A DNA stretch of 64,000 bases from Octopus vulgaris (GCA_951406725.2 OX597815.1:52514001-52578000); one strand, 5' to 3'. Shown: positions 12,944 through 28,157, numbered from the stretch's first letter. Program-made: numbers and translations. Notes: generated by a model from the sequence alone, not told the origin.

Positions 12944-13640
12944 TTATATGTAAATGCATAAATAAATGTATATGTATACATACATATGTACATACATACA
13001 TACGCACGCAAACGCACATTCTTCAGTAAGTATATGTAATTTGTAGATATATAAAATATGTAAAGATATACGGAAACACACATGCACACACACGCACACA
13101 CACACACGCTCCCACACACGCACCCACACATACATACACATACAAGAAAAGAACTACACACAACTACATTGGCAGAGAGATACAAACAACTACATGACTA
13201 ACGTAATTTTCGAACGTAAACTTTCTCCCACAGGCATAAATTTCCTTCCAACATTCCATCACGAATAGACTACAATCATGTTTTGCTTTTACGAACATCG
13301 TAAATTTGCTGGTGCTGGTGTGCACACCAATACACGCATATGTGCGGGTTTTCTTGGGTACATTTGTATGTATGACGGCATGCATATATATATATATAAA
13401 TATGTTTGTGTGTATGTTTGTGTGTGCGTGTGTATGCGTGTGTGTGTGTGAATGTGTGTGCCTGTGTGTGTGCGCGTGTGTGTGTATGTATCTATATCTG
13501 TCTATATAAGTATATTTATATGTATATGTGTGTATCTTATGTATATATATCTATGTATATATTTTTACATGTATAAGATAAACTTTCTTGGAAATGCATG
13601 TGTATATATACTTTCATATGCAAATACATATTCTTGTACA

Positions 13641-13708
<68 letters not shown>

Positions 13709-14347
13709 TATCTATATCTATATCTATATATACATATACATATATATATATATGCGTATGTGAGTATGCATGCAAGTGGTATGTCAGTGTCGGTGCGTGT
13801 GCGTCTGTTTCTGTGCACGCGCGCACGTGCTTCGCTAATATATAATTTCTCTTTATTATTTCGAATTCCGCTTATCGTTTATATATTATCATATTATCCA
13901 TATATATTATTATATTATCGCCCTGAACTTGAGTTTATTCACCGTCATGGACGACGCCAAGGGTTTACTCGACGAAATATCTTCGTTACATTTGCGAGAT
14001 ATATGTGACTACAATCAATGTTTAACTCATATCTCAATTTGACTTTGAATTACATTTTTGTTGTTAATCTCTAAAAGTGTACTTTTATGTAAATGCTTTA
14101 CTTGCAGAGGATATAGTAATCGAATCATTTATGTTTAGGTTGTTTACGATATTTTCCGTTTTTTGCTCTCCATATTTGCCAGAATGTATATATTATCAGC
14201 TTTTTTTTCTGATAGAAGTTCTGCTGTCCGGTGAGGAAAAAGATTAGCAAAACACTTTCTTTAAACATGTAGCCTGTAGAAACATATAATGATATCTATA
14301 GAGGGTATATGATATATATTATAGGTGTGAGTGTGTGTCTGTATTAG

Positions 14348-14380
<33 letters not shown>

Positions 14381-14496
14381 TGTATGTATGTATGTATGTA
14401 TGTATGTATGTATGTATGTATGTATGTATGTATGTATGTATGTATGTATGTATGTATGTATCTGTCTGTCTGTTTGTCTCTCTGTCTGTATGTCTG

Positions 14497-14574
<78 letters not shown>

Positions 14575-14575
14575 A

Positions 14576-14633
<58 letters not shown>

Positions 14634-14856
14634 ATATATATATATGATAGATGAGATCCAGATATTCTCAGTATAGCAGACTTAGTAGCGCTCAAATGAT
14701 TCAAACTTAAACTCCGATGTCTTTACCATGGATCAATTCCACGGAGTAAAGAATGGCTATAAGAGGGATCAAGTTGAGCAGGTATGGAGGCAGTTATGCA
14801 GATAAACAAATTAGATATATTAAATATTACAGTTTGGGTATGAAATACAAAATATG

Positions 14857-14905
<49 letters not shown>

Positions 14906-15186
14906 GCAAGACGAGAGAAAGCAAATAGTAAAGACTCTCAGGCGATGAATATTTAAGTATAAATACATAGATATTTATACTGATAAAGCCAACATGCACA
15001 AAATACAAGCGACAGAGAAAATTAAATGGGAGGAAGAAAGGTGTTATAAGTCCAATAGCTGTTTCTGGGGTCTCGGAGATCCATCAGAATATTGATAGAT
15101 GTAGTTCATCACAACATACAGAGAACCGGTACTAAGGAAGGATACAGAAATATTAGGTTTATAAGCCCTAAAATTCACTCTATAAT

Positions 15187-16163
<977 letters not shown>

Positions 16164-16424
16164 AACAGTTTCTCATGTAGAGATATTGTAGCAGACGTAT
16201 AGATGTTCCACTGTTTATGTTGTTTGTTTTTTGTTTCTTTTTTCTTCATATTCCCCTACGTGTATAAAGTGAACATCTTTTTTGATAAGAGTCAATTGAT
16301 GATCATTTGCTGAATGAGACACGAGCATATATTTTTGTGAACACGTCGCCTCTAGAATCCAGATATCATGTCTGGAAAAAAATGTGTGTACGTATACATA
16401 CAATATATAGTAGTGGTAATAGTG

Positions 16425-16492
<68 letters not shown>

Positions 16493-16514
16493 TGTTGTTG
16501 TTGTTGTTGTTGTT

Positions 16515-16556
<42 letters not shown>

Positions 16557-17264
16557 CCATCATCATCATAAGCTGAAGTTTCTTAAATCGTAGCTCTGAA
16601 TTCCATGTTGTCTGTTATTTTAATATTCCGAACAGTGATAAAATATACACGATAATATGCACAAAACCATTAAAATATGATTAGTCATTGCGATTTGATT
16701 GGTTGCTCCATCCCAAGAAACGTTAGAAAACACATCACACAATCATGTGTTCAATTGTTTATACACAGAACATTGATATTTTCTTCTATTCAGTGTAAAG
16801 CATAACATCCCATTTTTCATGTCTTTAGTGTTATTTGTGTAAAGCACAAGCATGCAGGTTTTAGTGTTTTGGTGTTTCGGTGTTTCACTTCCTTGTATGA
16901 CGAAGCAGGATTTGGTAAAACTATTACGTGAGAGAAATAAAATATTCTCGCCAACTAGTATTTGGAAATACTTCAGTAAATATCGGTGGAAATGTCTGGA
17001 AATATAAGCAAACTCCAATTGCACAAAGCCATTCTTCGAGAGACAAATTTTGCAACGCATATTCTGCATTGTACCTCTTTTATAAGTGTTACATATTATC
17101 AGTCTTTAAACTCCATATATATTTCGCTAGTGAGGTGACGAGTTGTCTTTCTGAGTGTCTGAATGCATACAAACATGTTGCGAGAAACTTTTTACAAAGA
17201 TTTATCATTTAACCCGATATAGCATTCCGTTTGGGAATGGAATAAGAAATATGTATATATGTAT

Positions 17265-17882
17265 ACATACAAAACGAGAGAAAGCAAAAAGTGAATACTT
17301 TCAGACGATAAATATTTAAGTATAAATACATAGATATTTATATTAATTTAAACAGAGTACAAACGAGGAAGCGAAGGAAGAAAGATGTGATAAGTACAAC
17401 AGTGTTTCTGGAGGGCTTGGAGATCCATCATAATGTTGGTAGATTTAGTTCATCAAAACTTGCAGCCGTAATGGAAGCAATTAACCAGTTGAGCATGTCC
17501 CTTAGTGGCTGACAATATGTGCATCTCCGATCACGAGCAGAAGTAGTGGGGGAGCATCATAGCCATGTGTTGAGAGGGATTCTTTGGGGTTTGAATAATT
17601 CACCTCTGGAAACATGGGTGGTTCTTTCAACATCCTTAAACAACCCTTATTCAGGGACCTTTTGAGCAGGATCGGCTACTCAACCTGAAAAAAATTCTAA
17701 CTGGGCCCCACCTGCAAGGTCATGTGCTGTATATCTTGATATGAGATCACCATGTCGCGCACATATGGTTGTGATGCATGTGCCTGGTGTACCCTTATCA
17801 CACAGGTAGTCATGATGGGTATATTAGGCTTCATATATTTTACCCCAGTGTCACTTTGATGGCATGAACTGCTCTCTCACTC

Positions 17883-17923
<41 letters not shown>

Positions 17924-17966
17924 CAACAACAACAACAAGAAGAAGAAGAACAAGAACAACAACAAG

Positions 17967-18006
<40 letters not shown>

Positions 18007-18125
18007 TCAGCAACTGAGTTGAAAATCCAACCACAACACCTGATGAAGGCTGGAGAGTAAATCAGGCGAATGTTGTGGTAACAAGAAACAAGATGAGGAC
18101 ACATATTCGTCTAATGTAAATAATG
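17265..18125 (+). repeat. Diverged, internally deleted duplicate of the composite at ~14900-16135
   Basis: The same three modules occur in the same order: acgagagaaagcaaa...gagatccatca block, (AAT)-ending repeat, HHR tail. Confidence 0.7.
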
Positions 18126-18823
18126 AGAAACTGTTATTTTAGAATGTGCTACTCTCAGAAATAAAGAATAAAAACAAAACTTAAGGTGAAGATATAAATA
18201 TATAATGAGTATTAGTAATTGCATATCCAGTCTGCCCTTTGAAAACGAATTCTTTATTCGTGCTGCCTTTTATGACAATGACATTAAAAGAAAATGGCTT
18301 CAAAAATAGAATACACAGCACACAGAACAACGCTTATATTCACAAATGCAAAAGCAGAAAGTGAAATATTATACGGGGCATACCTAAAACCCATTCGAAT
18401 GTTCATTTCCTTGTGGCTTGAATTTCCCTAAAGTCCGCTGAGCATAAATTTTAGCTCACCTTCACACTACTTCTAATTGAACTCCAAGGGAAAATGTCTA
18501 TTTATAAACGTTAGAAATATACTACAAAACCTGGAACCAATATTTGGACTACATGGTGCATAATACCAGCATTATACCACATATTACCCCGTTTCCTATT
18601 TTTATGTTTATTTGTCCGTTACAGAATTATAGTTTGCCAGTCACATAGTGGTGCTTTACCATAGATAGTAGGTAACATTGTGAAGACCAATATAGAAAAG
18701 TTCTATGTGTCTAAAATTGCAATTCAATAATTTTCATCTGCCAATATAATATACACACTCTATCTTTATGTATTGTGTACTTTTCCTTTGTAAACATAAG
18801 CTTTCACCAAACCATGTATACGC

Positions 18824-18865
<42 letters not shown>

Positions 18866-19099
18866 CGGTGTACATTGAAAGCAATGATTAGTAATTTTAC
18901 GAAACCGGTATGCTTTTAAATCTCTTTAACAATTTACAATAATGACTTTTATTCCTACCTCCGTTCATCTAATTGTATATATCTATCGTTACTTTTCATA
19001 AGAAAAAACTTTACTTTCTTGATTTCCAATGTGCATTTTCACTTATTTTTTCTTAGCTTATATATATATATATATATAAGCTAAAAAGCTTGTTCTGAA

Positions 19100-19660
19100 A
19101 CCTCTCTAAGAGATGATCGCAGTAGCTGTACTAGCAAGTAATGTCTGTAGCCACTTCAACATGGCTGTTCCTTTCGAGCGGAATTTACTGCGATTTTTAA
19201 TCCCAAGAGGACATCTTCTCTAGCTGGTTAATGATGTACAGCTGCATTTGATATATTGCGAGCAGAGGAGCGAGCCTCTATCACCTTCTAGCGACGGGAC
19301 CAGCATAATAGTCTCGTTTCGGGCTATTTCTGCCCCTCTTCAGTACTGGACACGTTGTCTGCTAGAGATGGCAGTAGATCGCTTCTGCTCGCAATATATA
19401 TGGCTGTTCCGTTCGAGCGGAATTTCCTGCGATTTTTTAACCCCAAGGAGCCGTCTCTTCTAGCTCTTTAACGATGCACAGTTGCATGCTGTCATCTCTA
19501 GCAGACGAGGTGTCCTGTACTGAATAGAAGCAGAAATAGCCCGAAATGAAACTGGTATATTGGTCTCGTCGCTAGAAGATGGTAGTGGTTCATTGCCCTG
19601 CTTGCAATGTATCGGGCTTCCGCTCGAACGAAACATCCATCTTGAAGTGGCTGCGATCAT
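19100..19660. mobile_element. Rearranged, decayed HHR-bearing repeat related to the 353-bp monomer
   Basis: Pseudoknot motif at 19116-19232, then a minus-strand HHR at 19300-19349 (ccagta-CTGAAGA-g-gggc agaaata gccc-GAAA...TA-tgctgg). A partial repeat lies at 19400-19490 and an inverted copy at 19490-19660. Confidence 0.7.
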
Positions 19661-20024
19661 TACTTGCTATATATATATATTGTATATATTGTGTGTAATT
19701 ATGCGTGTGTTTGTGTATCTGTGCATATTTACGTATGCATTCAAGCATATATATATATATATATACGAAAGAAGGTTTGAAAATGCAATTTAAAAGATGT
19801 TTATTTACTTAACCGGTTTCACTCTTTGGAAAAGGACCCAGACCCTGGAATAACCAAAACTCTTCCAGGAGGCCACACCAACAACCCAGACCCTGGAACA
19901 ACCAAAACCTTTTCAACAGACAACATATCAACGGAGGAAAGAATCACATACAGCAAAATACCGCAGATAGAAGAACCCCCAGGATTCCTTTTTTAGGCAA
20001 GGGCATCAGTTTCCACGACACCAG

Positions 20025-22300
20025 ATGGTAGATACCAACCCCGAAAAACCAAAAATAGTGAATCTTTCTAACCTAAACCTGTCGACACCACAAATAAAAA
20101 TCCTTTCAAGAGGACTAAAATTCACCCCAACTCCGCAATACCCTAACCTGAGGGAAATACAGGATGACATCTCACACTTTTGCAGAAAATTACGCCTCAC
20201 AGAGGAATTTTTTGACAAGGAAACTAATAATAACGACGAATCAATGGTCCGTAACAAAAGCAGCTATAATCCCATAAAAGGCAAAAACAAAGTCTTAGAC
20301 AAATTTTGCGATTACAACTCAAACTTCCCTTATGGTGAACTCCCACAACTTAAACCCAAACCCAACACCAGTAAAAGAGAATGGGAAATCATCCATACGC
20401 TACGAGACAATCATGATGTCACAATAAAGGAAGCTGATAAGGGTAGTACGGTCGTTATTATGAATACTGAGCAGTATAAAAACTCTGTATCTCTCCTTTT
20501 AGAGGATACCACATACTATGAAAGAGTAATCGACTACCAGCAATCCAAAACAATGACCAAACTGAAGGCACTCATTTACCAACACCGGAATGACTTAACA
20601 GCAAAGGAATGCGACTACATTATAAACTTTAATTGCAAAACCAGCACACTGTATGGGCTTCCAAAAATACACAAGAGTCAAATTATCACAGAAGCTTGCA
20701 AAAAGTCCACTTCAACCTGCATCACTATACCACATCCCACTGATCTCAAACTGAGACCAATAGTGGCAGGCCCAAGTTGTGAAACACACAGACTTAGCAA
20801 CTTTATAGATATCATCCTAAAACCAATACTGAAACACATTCCAAGTATTGTAAGAGATGACCTGGACCTATTAAATCATCTCCCCAAACATACCGATAAA
20901 GACACTTTAATCGTTTCCTTTGATGTAATTAATCTTTACACCACAATCCCACATGAATATGGACTAGAAGCCATTAAATTCTGGCTGGATAAATATCCCA
21001 ATGAGATCCCGGAAAGAATAAAAAAAGAATTCATCATTGAGGGCCTCAAATTTATTCTGCAAAACAACTTCATGAATTTCAATAACAACACTTACAGACA
21101 CGTTTCAGGAACTGCAATGGGTACGAAAGTTGCACCTACCTATGCAAACCTGGTGATGGCCTACCTGGAATCACATATCTATGAAAAATCCAAATATAAG
21201 TACGGCCAGTCTTTCCACAAATACCTGTTGGAGAACTGGAAACCTACTTAGATGATTGCCTCATCCTATGGTCCCACAAACTCGACCAACTTATTGACTT
21301 CAAAAACCTTATCAACAGTGTAAATAACAACATTCAATTCACAATGGAATATAGTCAGTACCAACTCCCTTTTCTTGACATTCTAATCATTAAAAAAGGC
21401 GTCAACATTGAAACTGACATCCATTACAAACCCACTGACTCTAAACAATACCTTCTATTCACCTCCAATCACCCAAAACACACAAAGACAAATATCCCCT
21501 TCAACCTAGCGAGAAGAATCTGCACAATTGTCTCAAATGACACAACACGAAATAGAAGACTCCGGGAACTAAGGGCAATTCTTCTCGAAAGACATTACCC
21601 GGCATCACTAGTAGACAACGGAATAGAACGGGCCAAATCAATCAACACTCAAGACCTACGAAAACCTAAACACATCCACAGTACAGTAAATAGCCTCCCC
21701 TATCTCTCAACACACAACCCAAGGAATGTAGAAGCTTACACTATTATATACAACAACATTCCACAACTAAATCAAGACCCACGTCTGAAAAAATTACTGG
21801 CAGCTCATAAAATAATAAAAAGTAAGAGACAACCTAAATCCCTAAAAAACCTCCTCACCAACGCAAAATTACACAACACAAACCCACCGCCCACCATCAA
21901 AAAATGTGGTCGCCCCAACTGCAGGACTTGCATCCACCTTATTGAGGGATCGACGTACAAGTTCCGGTTGGGACACACATTCATCATAAAAAATAATTTC
22001 ACGTGCGCATCAAAAAATTTACTCTACGTCATAAGGTGTGAAGGATGCCACGAAGACTACATAGGGCAAACGAGCCTTACCCTCAGAGAAAGAATGACAG
22101 TTCACCGACAACAACTGAGAGACCCCTCCACAAGACAGATACCACTAAGTGGACACTTAGACCTTTGTGCACACAATAAGTCCCCCAAATTCTTAGTCTT
22201 CCCACTATACCAATGCTCGGACAACACCACAGACCAAACACGAATAAATAGGGAAAGTAATCTCATTCAAAAATACAGACCACAACTAAACATACTCTAA
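20025..22300 (+). pseudogene. PLE reverse transcriptase + GIY-YIG endonuclease, split by one frameshift at ~21243
   Basis: Motifs KEADKG, LYGLPKIHK, LRPIV, SFDVINLYT and GTAMG, then WK/YLDDCLI across the frameshift (tgg aaa cc tac tta gat gat). Linker CGRPNCRTC (Cx4Cx2C), and NLLYVIRC...YIGQT...ERMTVHR. Confidence 0.93.
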
Positions 22301-22449
22301 CATACCCCCTAGGTACACATCCAGAACAATCACACAAAGACACGCGCACACTCGCAAGGTATCATGCAAGCGGACACATGCACGTATCGGCACACATAGG
22401 CGCACTAGCAGGCATTGACCACACACATACGCGGCACGCACACGCATGC

Positions 22450-23374
22450 ATTATATATATGTATGTTATGTATGTGTGTGTGTGTGTTGTGTGTGTTGTG
22501 TGTGTTGTGTGTGTGTGTGTGTGCGTTGTGTGTGTGTGTGTGCGCGTGTGTGTGCATTGTGTGTGTGTATGTATTTATATGTGTATATGTTTTATATATA
22601 TGTATATATGTGTGTGTTGTGTGTGTGTATGCATTGTATATGTGTATATGTGAGTGCATTGTTTGTGTGTGTGTGTGGTATGTAGATATATATGTGTGTG
22701 TACGCTATATGTATGTATTTTGTGTGTGTGTGTGTGTGCATTATATATATATGTATGTGTATATGTGTGAATATATATATATATATGTATGTGCATTATG
22801 TATATGTATATTATATGTATGTGTACATTATGTGTATATGTATATGTATATATGCATTTTATATATGTATATTGTATGTGTGTTGTATATGTATGGATAC
22901 ATGTATATACATTATATGTATATATATGTATGCATTGTGTATGTGTATGTTATGTGTATATATGTTATATGTATGTGTATATCTATATATATACATTGTA
23001 TGTATGCATATTGTGTGTATATGTGGTATATTTATGTATGTGTATGTAAACATTATATATATGTATATATGTATATATGTATATGCATTGTCTATATATA
23101 TATATTATATGTATGTATTGTGTATGTATGTTATATGTATATATTGTGTATGTGTATTATACATATGCTGTGTATGTGTATTGTATGTATATATGTGTTA
23201 GGTGTATATGTGTGTATATATTATATATAAATATATGTTATATTTGTGTGTTGTGTGTGTGTATTATATGTGTGCATTGTGTGTGCATGTGTGTTCTGTA
23301 TGTATGTGTGTGTGTGTATATTATGTGTGTATATGTGTTGTGTGTGTGTATGTGTGTGTGTATGTGTGTATGTA

Positions 23375-23406
<32 letters not shown>

Positions 23407-23420
23407 TATGTAGTGTGTGT
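22450..23420. repeat. ~1-kb degenerate TG/TA low-complexity tract inside the PLE 3' region
   Basis: Read directly. It is TG-rich while both flanks are CA-rich. Confidence 0.85.
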
Positions 23421-24305
23421 ATGGCCCGCACACACGCGTAGACGCGCACGTGCACGCGCACGTGCACGCACGCGCGCGCGCACGGGCGGGCACGCATATA
23501 TACGCACACCATCCTACCCCAAAAAATTCTTTAAACAACACACATCTATTTTCACCACCCTGGAACCAATCAAAAACAGCCCCCACACACACGCTGACAC
23601 TTGTATACGTGTATGTGCGCGCACACAGGGACACACACACTCACACCAATCTCACCTCCATACAGGCACATATATACACACGCAGCACCATGTCAAATGC
23701 CATCCACACTCATACATGCGTACACACGCACGCACACACACACACACACGCACACACACGCACACACAACACCATGACAACCACACACACTTGACAAACA
23801 GACACCATCTGACCAAATACTACAGACACACAGACACATCTATTCACACCACATGTATATGTATGCACGCACACATACACGCAGAGACACACATATTCAC
23901 CTCATCCTAACCCCAAAATCATTGATGCTTGAAGGAGAGCCAAAAAAGAGAAAAAAACGGGTACATCTTTTTCAATTCCACATTTCTGCTAAAACGGACA
24001 GGTCAGTAAACAACCTCACCACTACATTAATGTAAATCTTAATGTAAATTTTTTTGAATTCATAATATTCTGTACTGAACTTTTTTTGATAATTCCTCCT
24101 GGAAATTACCCTGAGATGTATAATATATTTGTTTTAATCTTTTCTGCCCATTTTTTCAATGAGCTTGTTAAACCTCTTTATATTCTCATCATATTGTTGT
24201 ACTTTTTTATGTCCATAACATGTCCCTGTTACCAAAGACTGTATATATACATGTAATGTAGCAATTTGCAACAACCAATAATTAACGCAACCAAACTTCC
24301 ATATG

Positions 24306-24350
24306 TTACTTTTGACAATCCTTTTCCAAAGAGTGAAACCGGTTAAGTAA
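24306..24350 (+). ncRNA. Variant hammerhead (U3-A8 core) in the PLE pseudo-LTR
   Basis: ttactt-TTGACAA-tc cttt tcc aaag agt-GAAA-ccgg-TT-aagtaa. Perfect 6-bp stem I, palindromic stem III ACCGGT, weak stem II. Confidence 0.6.
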
Positions 24351-24434
24351 ATAAACATCTTTTAAATTGCATTTTCAAACCTTCTTTCGTATATAATTCC
24401 ACTCGTGCGATACCCCACAACTCAACTTTGTTAT

Positions 24435-24529
<95 letters not shown>

Positions 24530-24789
24530 CTGTGTATGTATGTGTGCGCGCAAATACATTCACACACATAGAGACACGCATATATATATATATATATAGC
24601 TGTTTCCGTTAATTTATACGTTTCGATTTAGTAGAATTCTACCCGTCAATAACTAATTCCATTCTCACATTCTCAAGGAAAAAAAATTATCTTTAGAATT
24701 CGGCAGAAGTTTTAATCAAATTAATGTCTCAGGGAATGTCAGAAAATTGTTGCCAATTTACGATAATTCTTTTTAACAGTTTAACCTAA

Positions 24790-25245
24790 AGGTCTTGAAT
24801 TGTTTGATGTAGGAATGGGGTCATATGATGAGGCTGAGATCTGCGTAATGCATTCATAGGATTGCGCAACCTAAAATTACTTTCGGAGGGATTTCATTCA
24901 AAGGATTTCATTCCTTGCAATGATGATGGACTTCTCATATTACAAAGTGTGATTGACCGCACGATGAATGCTGTTAAGAAGGAGTTCACTAACATATTCA
25001 AAGATTTAAACATCGCAATCGATACGAAACTAAGTATCCTTAATTTCTCTTGTGTAAATCTACTTTAAGATACTGGCAAATAGTAATCCTAACGAAAATC
25101 AGCCGTATATTAAATTCTAAGCATGCCACATTTCTTCAAAATCATGTTAATATCATGAAACGCTTATTCCACATGTCCTTTAACGAGGAATCCTCAAGTT
25201 GTGCCTCATCAGATTACAATGACCCAGTGAAAGACAGTGGCTTCA
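24790..25245 (+). pseudogene. Decayed PLE RT fragment (Naiad-like)
   Basis: FDVGMGSYDEAEIC resembles the FDVTMGSYDGAEVC RT motif. The downstream sequence resembles 26200-26480. Confidence 0.55.
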
Positions 25246-25319
25246 AACGTGTGTATGTGTGTGTGCGTGTGTGTGTATGTGTGTGTGTGTGTGTTTGCGT
25301 GCGTTTGTGTGTGATATTC

Positions 25320-25620
25320 TTGCACTCCGTTGGTTACGGTGACAAGGGTTGCAATTGATCCGATCAACGGAACAGCCTGCTCGTGAAATTAAGGTGTAAG
25401 TGTCTGAGCACTCCAACAGGCACATGTACCCTTAACATAGTTCTCAAGTAGATTCAGCGTGACACAGAGTGTGACAAGGCTGGCCATTTCAAATACCAGC
25501 TGAGTGGAATGGAGCAACGAAAAATAAAGTGTCTTGCTCAGGGACGCAACGCGTCGCCAGAAATGGAACTCACGACCTTACGATGATAAGCTGAATACTC
25601 TAACTACTAAGCCGCACGCT
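25320..25620 (-). mobile_element. tRNA-derived SINE sharing its tail with 8243-8590; related head at 44100-44260
   Basis: Minus strand has a tRNA-like head, a ctgagcaagacactttatt box and the shared 3' tail. Confidence 0.7.
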
Positions 25621-26139
25621 AAGTAAATGATCCACAAGCACTCAAAGAAACCGAGTCCCCAACTTGTTCAATTAGCCAATAGATTTGCAAGGCACCAGCA
25701 GGCCTCGAGAGACATCCGTGTCCATAGAACACGATTAATGCTTTATTTTAATGAACCTTGATTTGTCGCTCACGACAAGGGAATCCATCATATATATGTG
25801 TGTGTGTGTATTTGTGTGTCATTAAACGCTTATTCCACATGTTCTTTAACGAAGAATCCTTAAATTGTGCCCCATCTGATTACAATGAATGCCTAAACCT
25901 AGACTTAGAAGTATACCGTAACATTACCGGCTATTTGGAAATTCTAAGGGTAAACGAGCTCTATTTTGTACTTTGCTACGTTCCTAACAGAATACACCTT
26001 AGATGACACTGAAGAAAACCAGATAACTGGTCGAGGCAACTTTTTGAATCAGTGTACTGGAAAACAAGACAAGTAACATAAAGAACGATTCTTCATCAGT
26101 TGTCGGCTGTTTATCTCCTCTACGTAGGGTCAAAAGATG

Positions 26140-27583
26140 GAAAAACTTAATCTAAACTTCTCGCTAACAGACATCCCAATATCCGAGAAAGATACAGAAA
26201 AGAACTCTATAAATTTTTTAGACGTTTCGGATTTTCTATTACCACAAACTATAATTACCGTAAGGTAAACTTTCCAGATGTGACTTTTAATTTGGAAAGT
26301 GGCCTGTATGAACTATACCACAAGCCTAATGAGTGCTCAAGATACATATATGTAAATTCCAATCATCCACCATCCACAACCAAGAGAATAATTAAGAACA
26401 TAGCCACCAGAATACCAAGATTATCAACCACAGAGGAAATATTCAACCAGCATGCACCATACTACAATGAAGTGTTAACTAGGGCCAGAAATAAAGGAAA
26501 AATCAAGTTTGAAAGTAACGAAACCTCAAATAACACAAACACAAATAAGGTAGAATGCACACATAACACGAATAACATCAACAAACAAATAACAATAAAA
26601 AAAGAGAAACCCCGAGGGACAAAGGAAGCATAGGAGGAAAACAGATATAACCCAAAATAATAGAAATAATTGGAATACAGACGCGCATAATCACAACACA
26701 AAAAAGGATCAAAGAACCAAACAAAAGGTACAAAAATTCGGAGGTCAAATAGTATGATCTAATTTTTGAACTCCAGCTATCGTCCAAGATAGGTAAGGAA
26801 TTCATCGCAGCATTAAACACATAAATACTACTGTTTATTCAATAAGCACACAGTGAAAATACCGTACGCAAAATCTTACAACATGGAGTACTACATACAT
26901 AAATACAAAAACAGGAAATTAAACATACAAACGTCTGCTAGCAGAGAACAAAACATCACAAGCTTTAAGGCCAATAACAAAAATAAACAAAAGACAGACT
27001 ACAAATAAAAAAGATCGCTGATTCCACAATGCTTCAGACACTAACAATCAAACGGAACATCATGAAAAGAGAATCAAAAAGTCCCGAGATAAACATAATA
27101 ATAATGATAGTACAAATAACTGCACATGCCGTAGAAAATCCGCTTGTCCGCTTATGAATCAATGTCTCCAAAAGAACATAATATACAAATGCACAATCTC
27201 CACATCCCAACATAAATATGTATACATAGTTGCCACGGAAAACCAATTCAAAGTCCGTTATCGCAACCACATCTCGTCATTCCGAAAAATAAACAGACGA
27301 CACGCAACTTCACTAGCAGACCTCATATGGGGACTGAAAGAAAAAAAAATTAAATAAGAAATGGAATATTCAATAATAAAAACTGTACACCTCGTTATCC
27401 AGTAATGCGACCTTTATAGGCGCAGGAGTGGCTGTGTGGTAAGTAGCTTGCTAACCAACCACATGGTTCCGGGTTCAGTCCCACTGCGTGGCACCTTGGG
27501 CAAGTGTCTTCTACTATAGCCTCGGGCCGACCAAAGCCTTGTGAGTGGATTTCGTAGACGGAAACTGAAAGAAGTCCGTCGTA

Positions 27584-27679
<96 letters not shown>

Positions 27680-27955
27680 GTTTGTGTGTCTGTGTTTGTC
27701 CCCCTAGCATTGCTTGACAACCGATGCTGGTGTGTTTATGTCCCCGTCACTTAGCGGTTCGGCAAAAAGATAGAATAAGTACTGGGCTTACAAAGAATAA
27801 GTCCCGGGGTCAAGTTGCTCGATTAAAGGTGGTGCTCCAGCATGGCCGCAGTCAAATGACTGAAACAAGTAAAATAGTTTACCTTGAAGAAGCATTGAAT
27901 ATACTGCTGAGTAATGAGAACCTGGCAAACAAACATGATGAGAAAATTCCAATAT
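26140..27955 (+). pseudogene. Decayed PLE (Naiad-like) RT thumb + GIY-YIG, split by a SINE
   Basis: VNFPDVTFNL...YHKPN...YVNSNHPPS, CTCRRKSACPLMNQC (CxCx5Cx5C) and IIYKC...YIVATENQFKVRYRNH. The terminal CDL/LEEAL segment is interrupted at 27415-27880. Confidence 0.8.
27419..27873 (+). mobile_element. Full-length dominant tRNA-derived SINE
   Basis: Head ggcgcaggagtggctgtgtggt...gggttcagtccc, internal (TA)n(TG)n and a conserved tail. At least 10 related copies occur in the window. Confidence 0.88.
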
Positions 27956-27959
27956 GCAT

Positions 27960-28157
27960 ATTCTTTTCTACTCTAGGCACAAGGCTCAAAATTTTGGGGG
28001 AGGGGCCAGTTGATTAGATCGACCCCAGTACGCAACAGGTACTTAATTTATGGACCCCTGAAAGGATGAAAGGCAAAGTCGACCCCGGCGGAATTTGAAC
28101 TCAGAACGTAAAACAGACGAAATACTGTTACGCATTTCGCCCTGCGTGCTAATGTTT
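27960..28157 (-). mobile_element. tRNA-derived SINE (third family); second copy at 45565-45792
   Basis: Minus strand has a tRNA-like head (gttcaaattcc), then a gtcgactttgcctttcatccttt...aattaagtacc central box. Confidence 0.75.

Larger units (their letters stand above)
19761..24432 (+). mobile_element. Near-intact Penelope-like retroelement (Neptune-like) with an inverted partial pseudo-LTR at the 5' end, inserted in (TA)n
   Basis: 19761-19836 is the exact reverse complement of 24319-24394. An RT+GIY-YIG ORF lies inside, and (TA)n flanks both sides. Confidence 0.9.
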
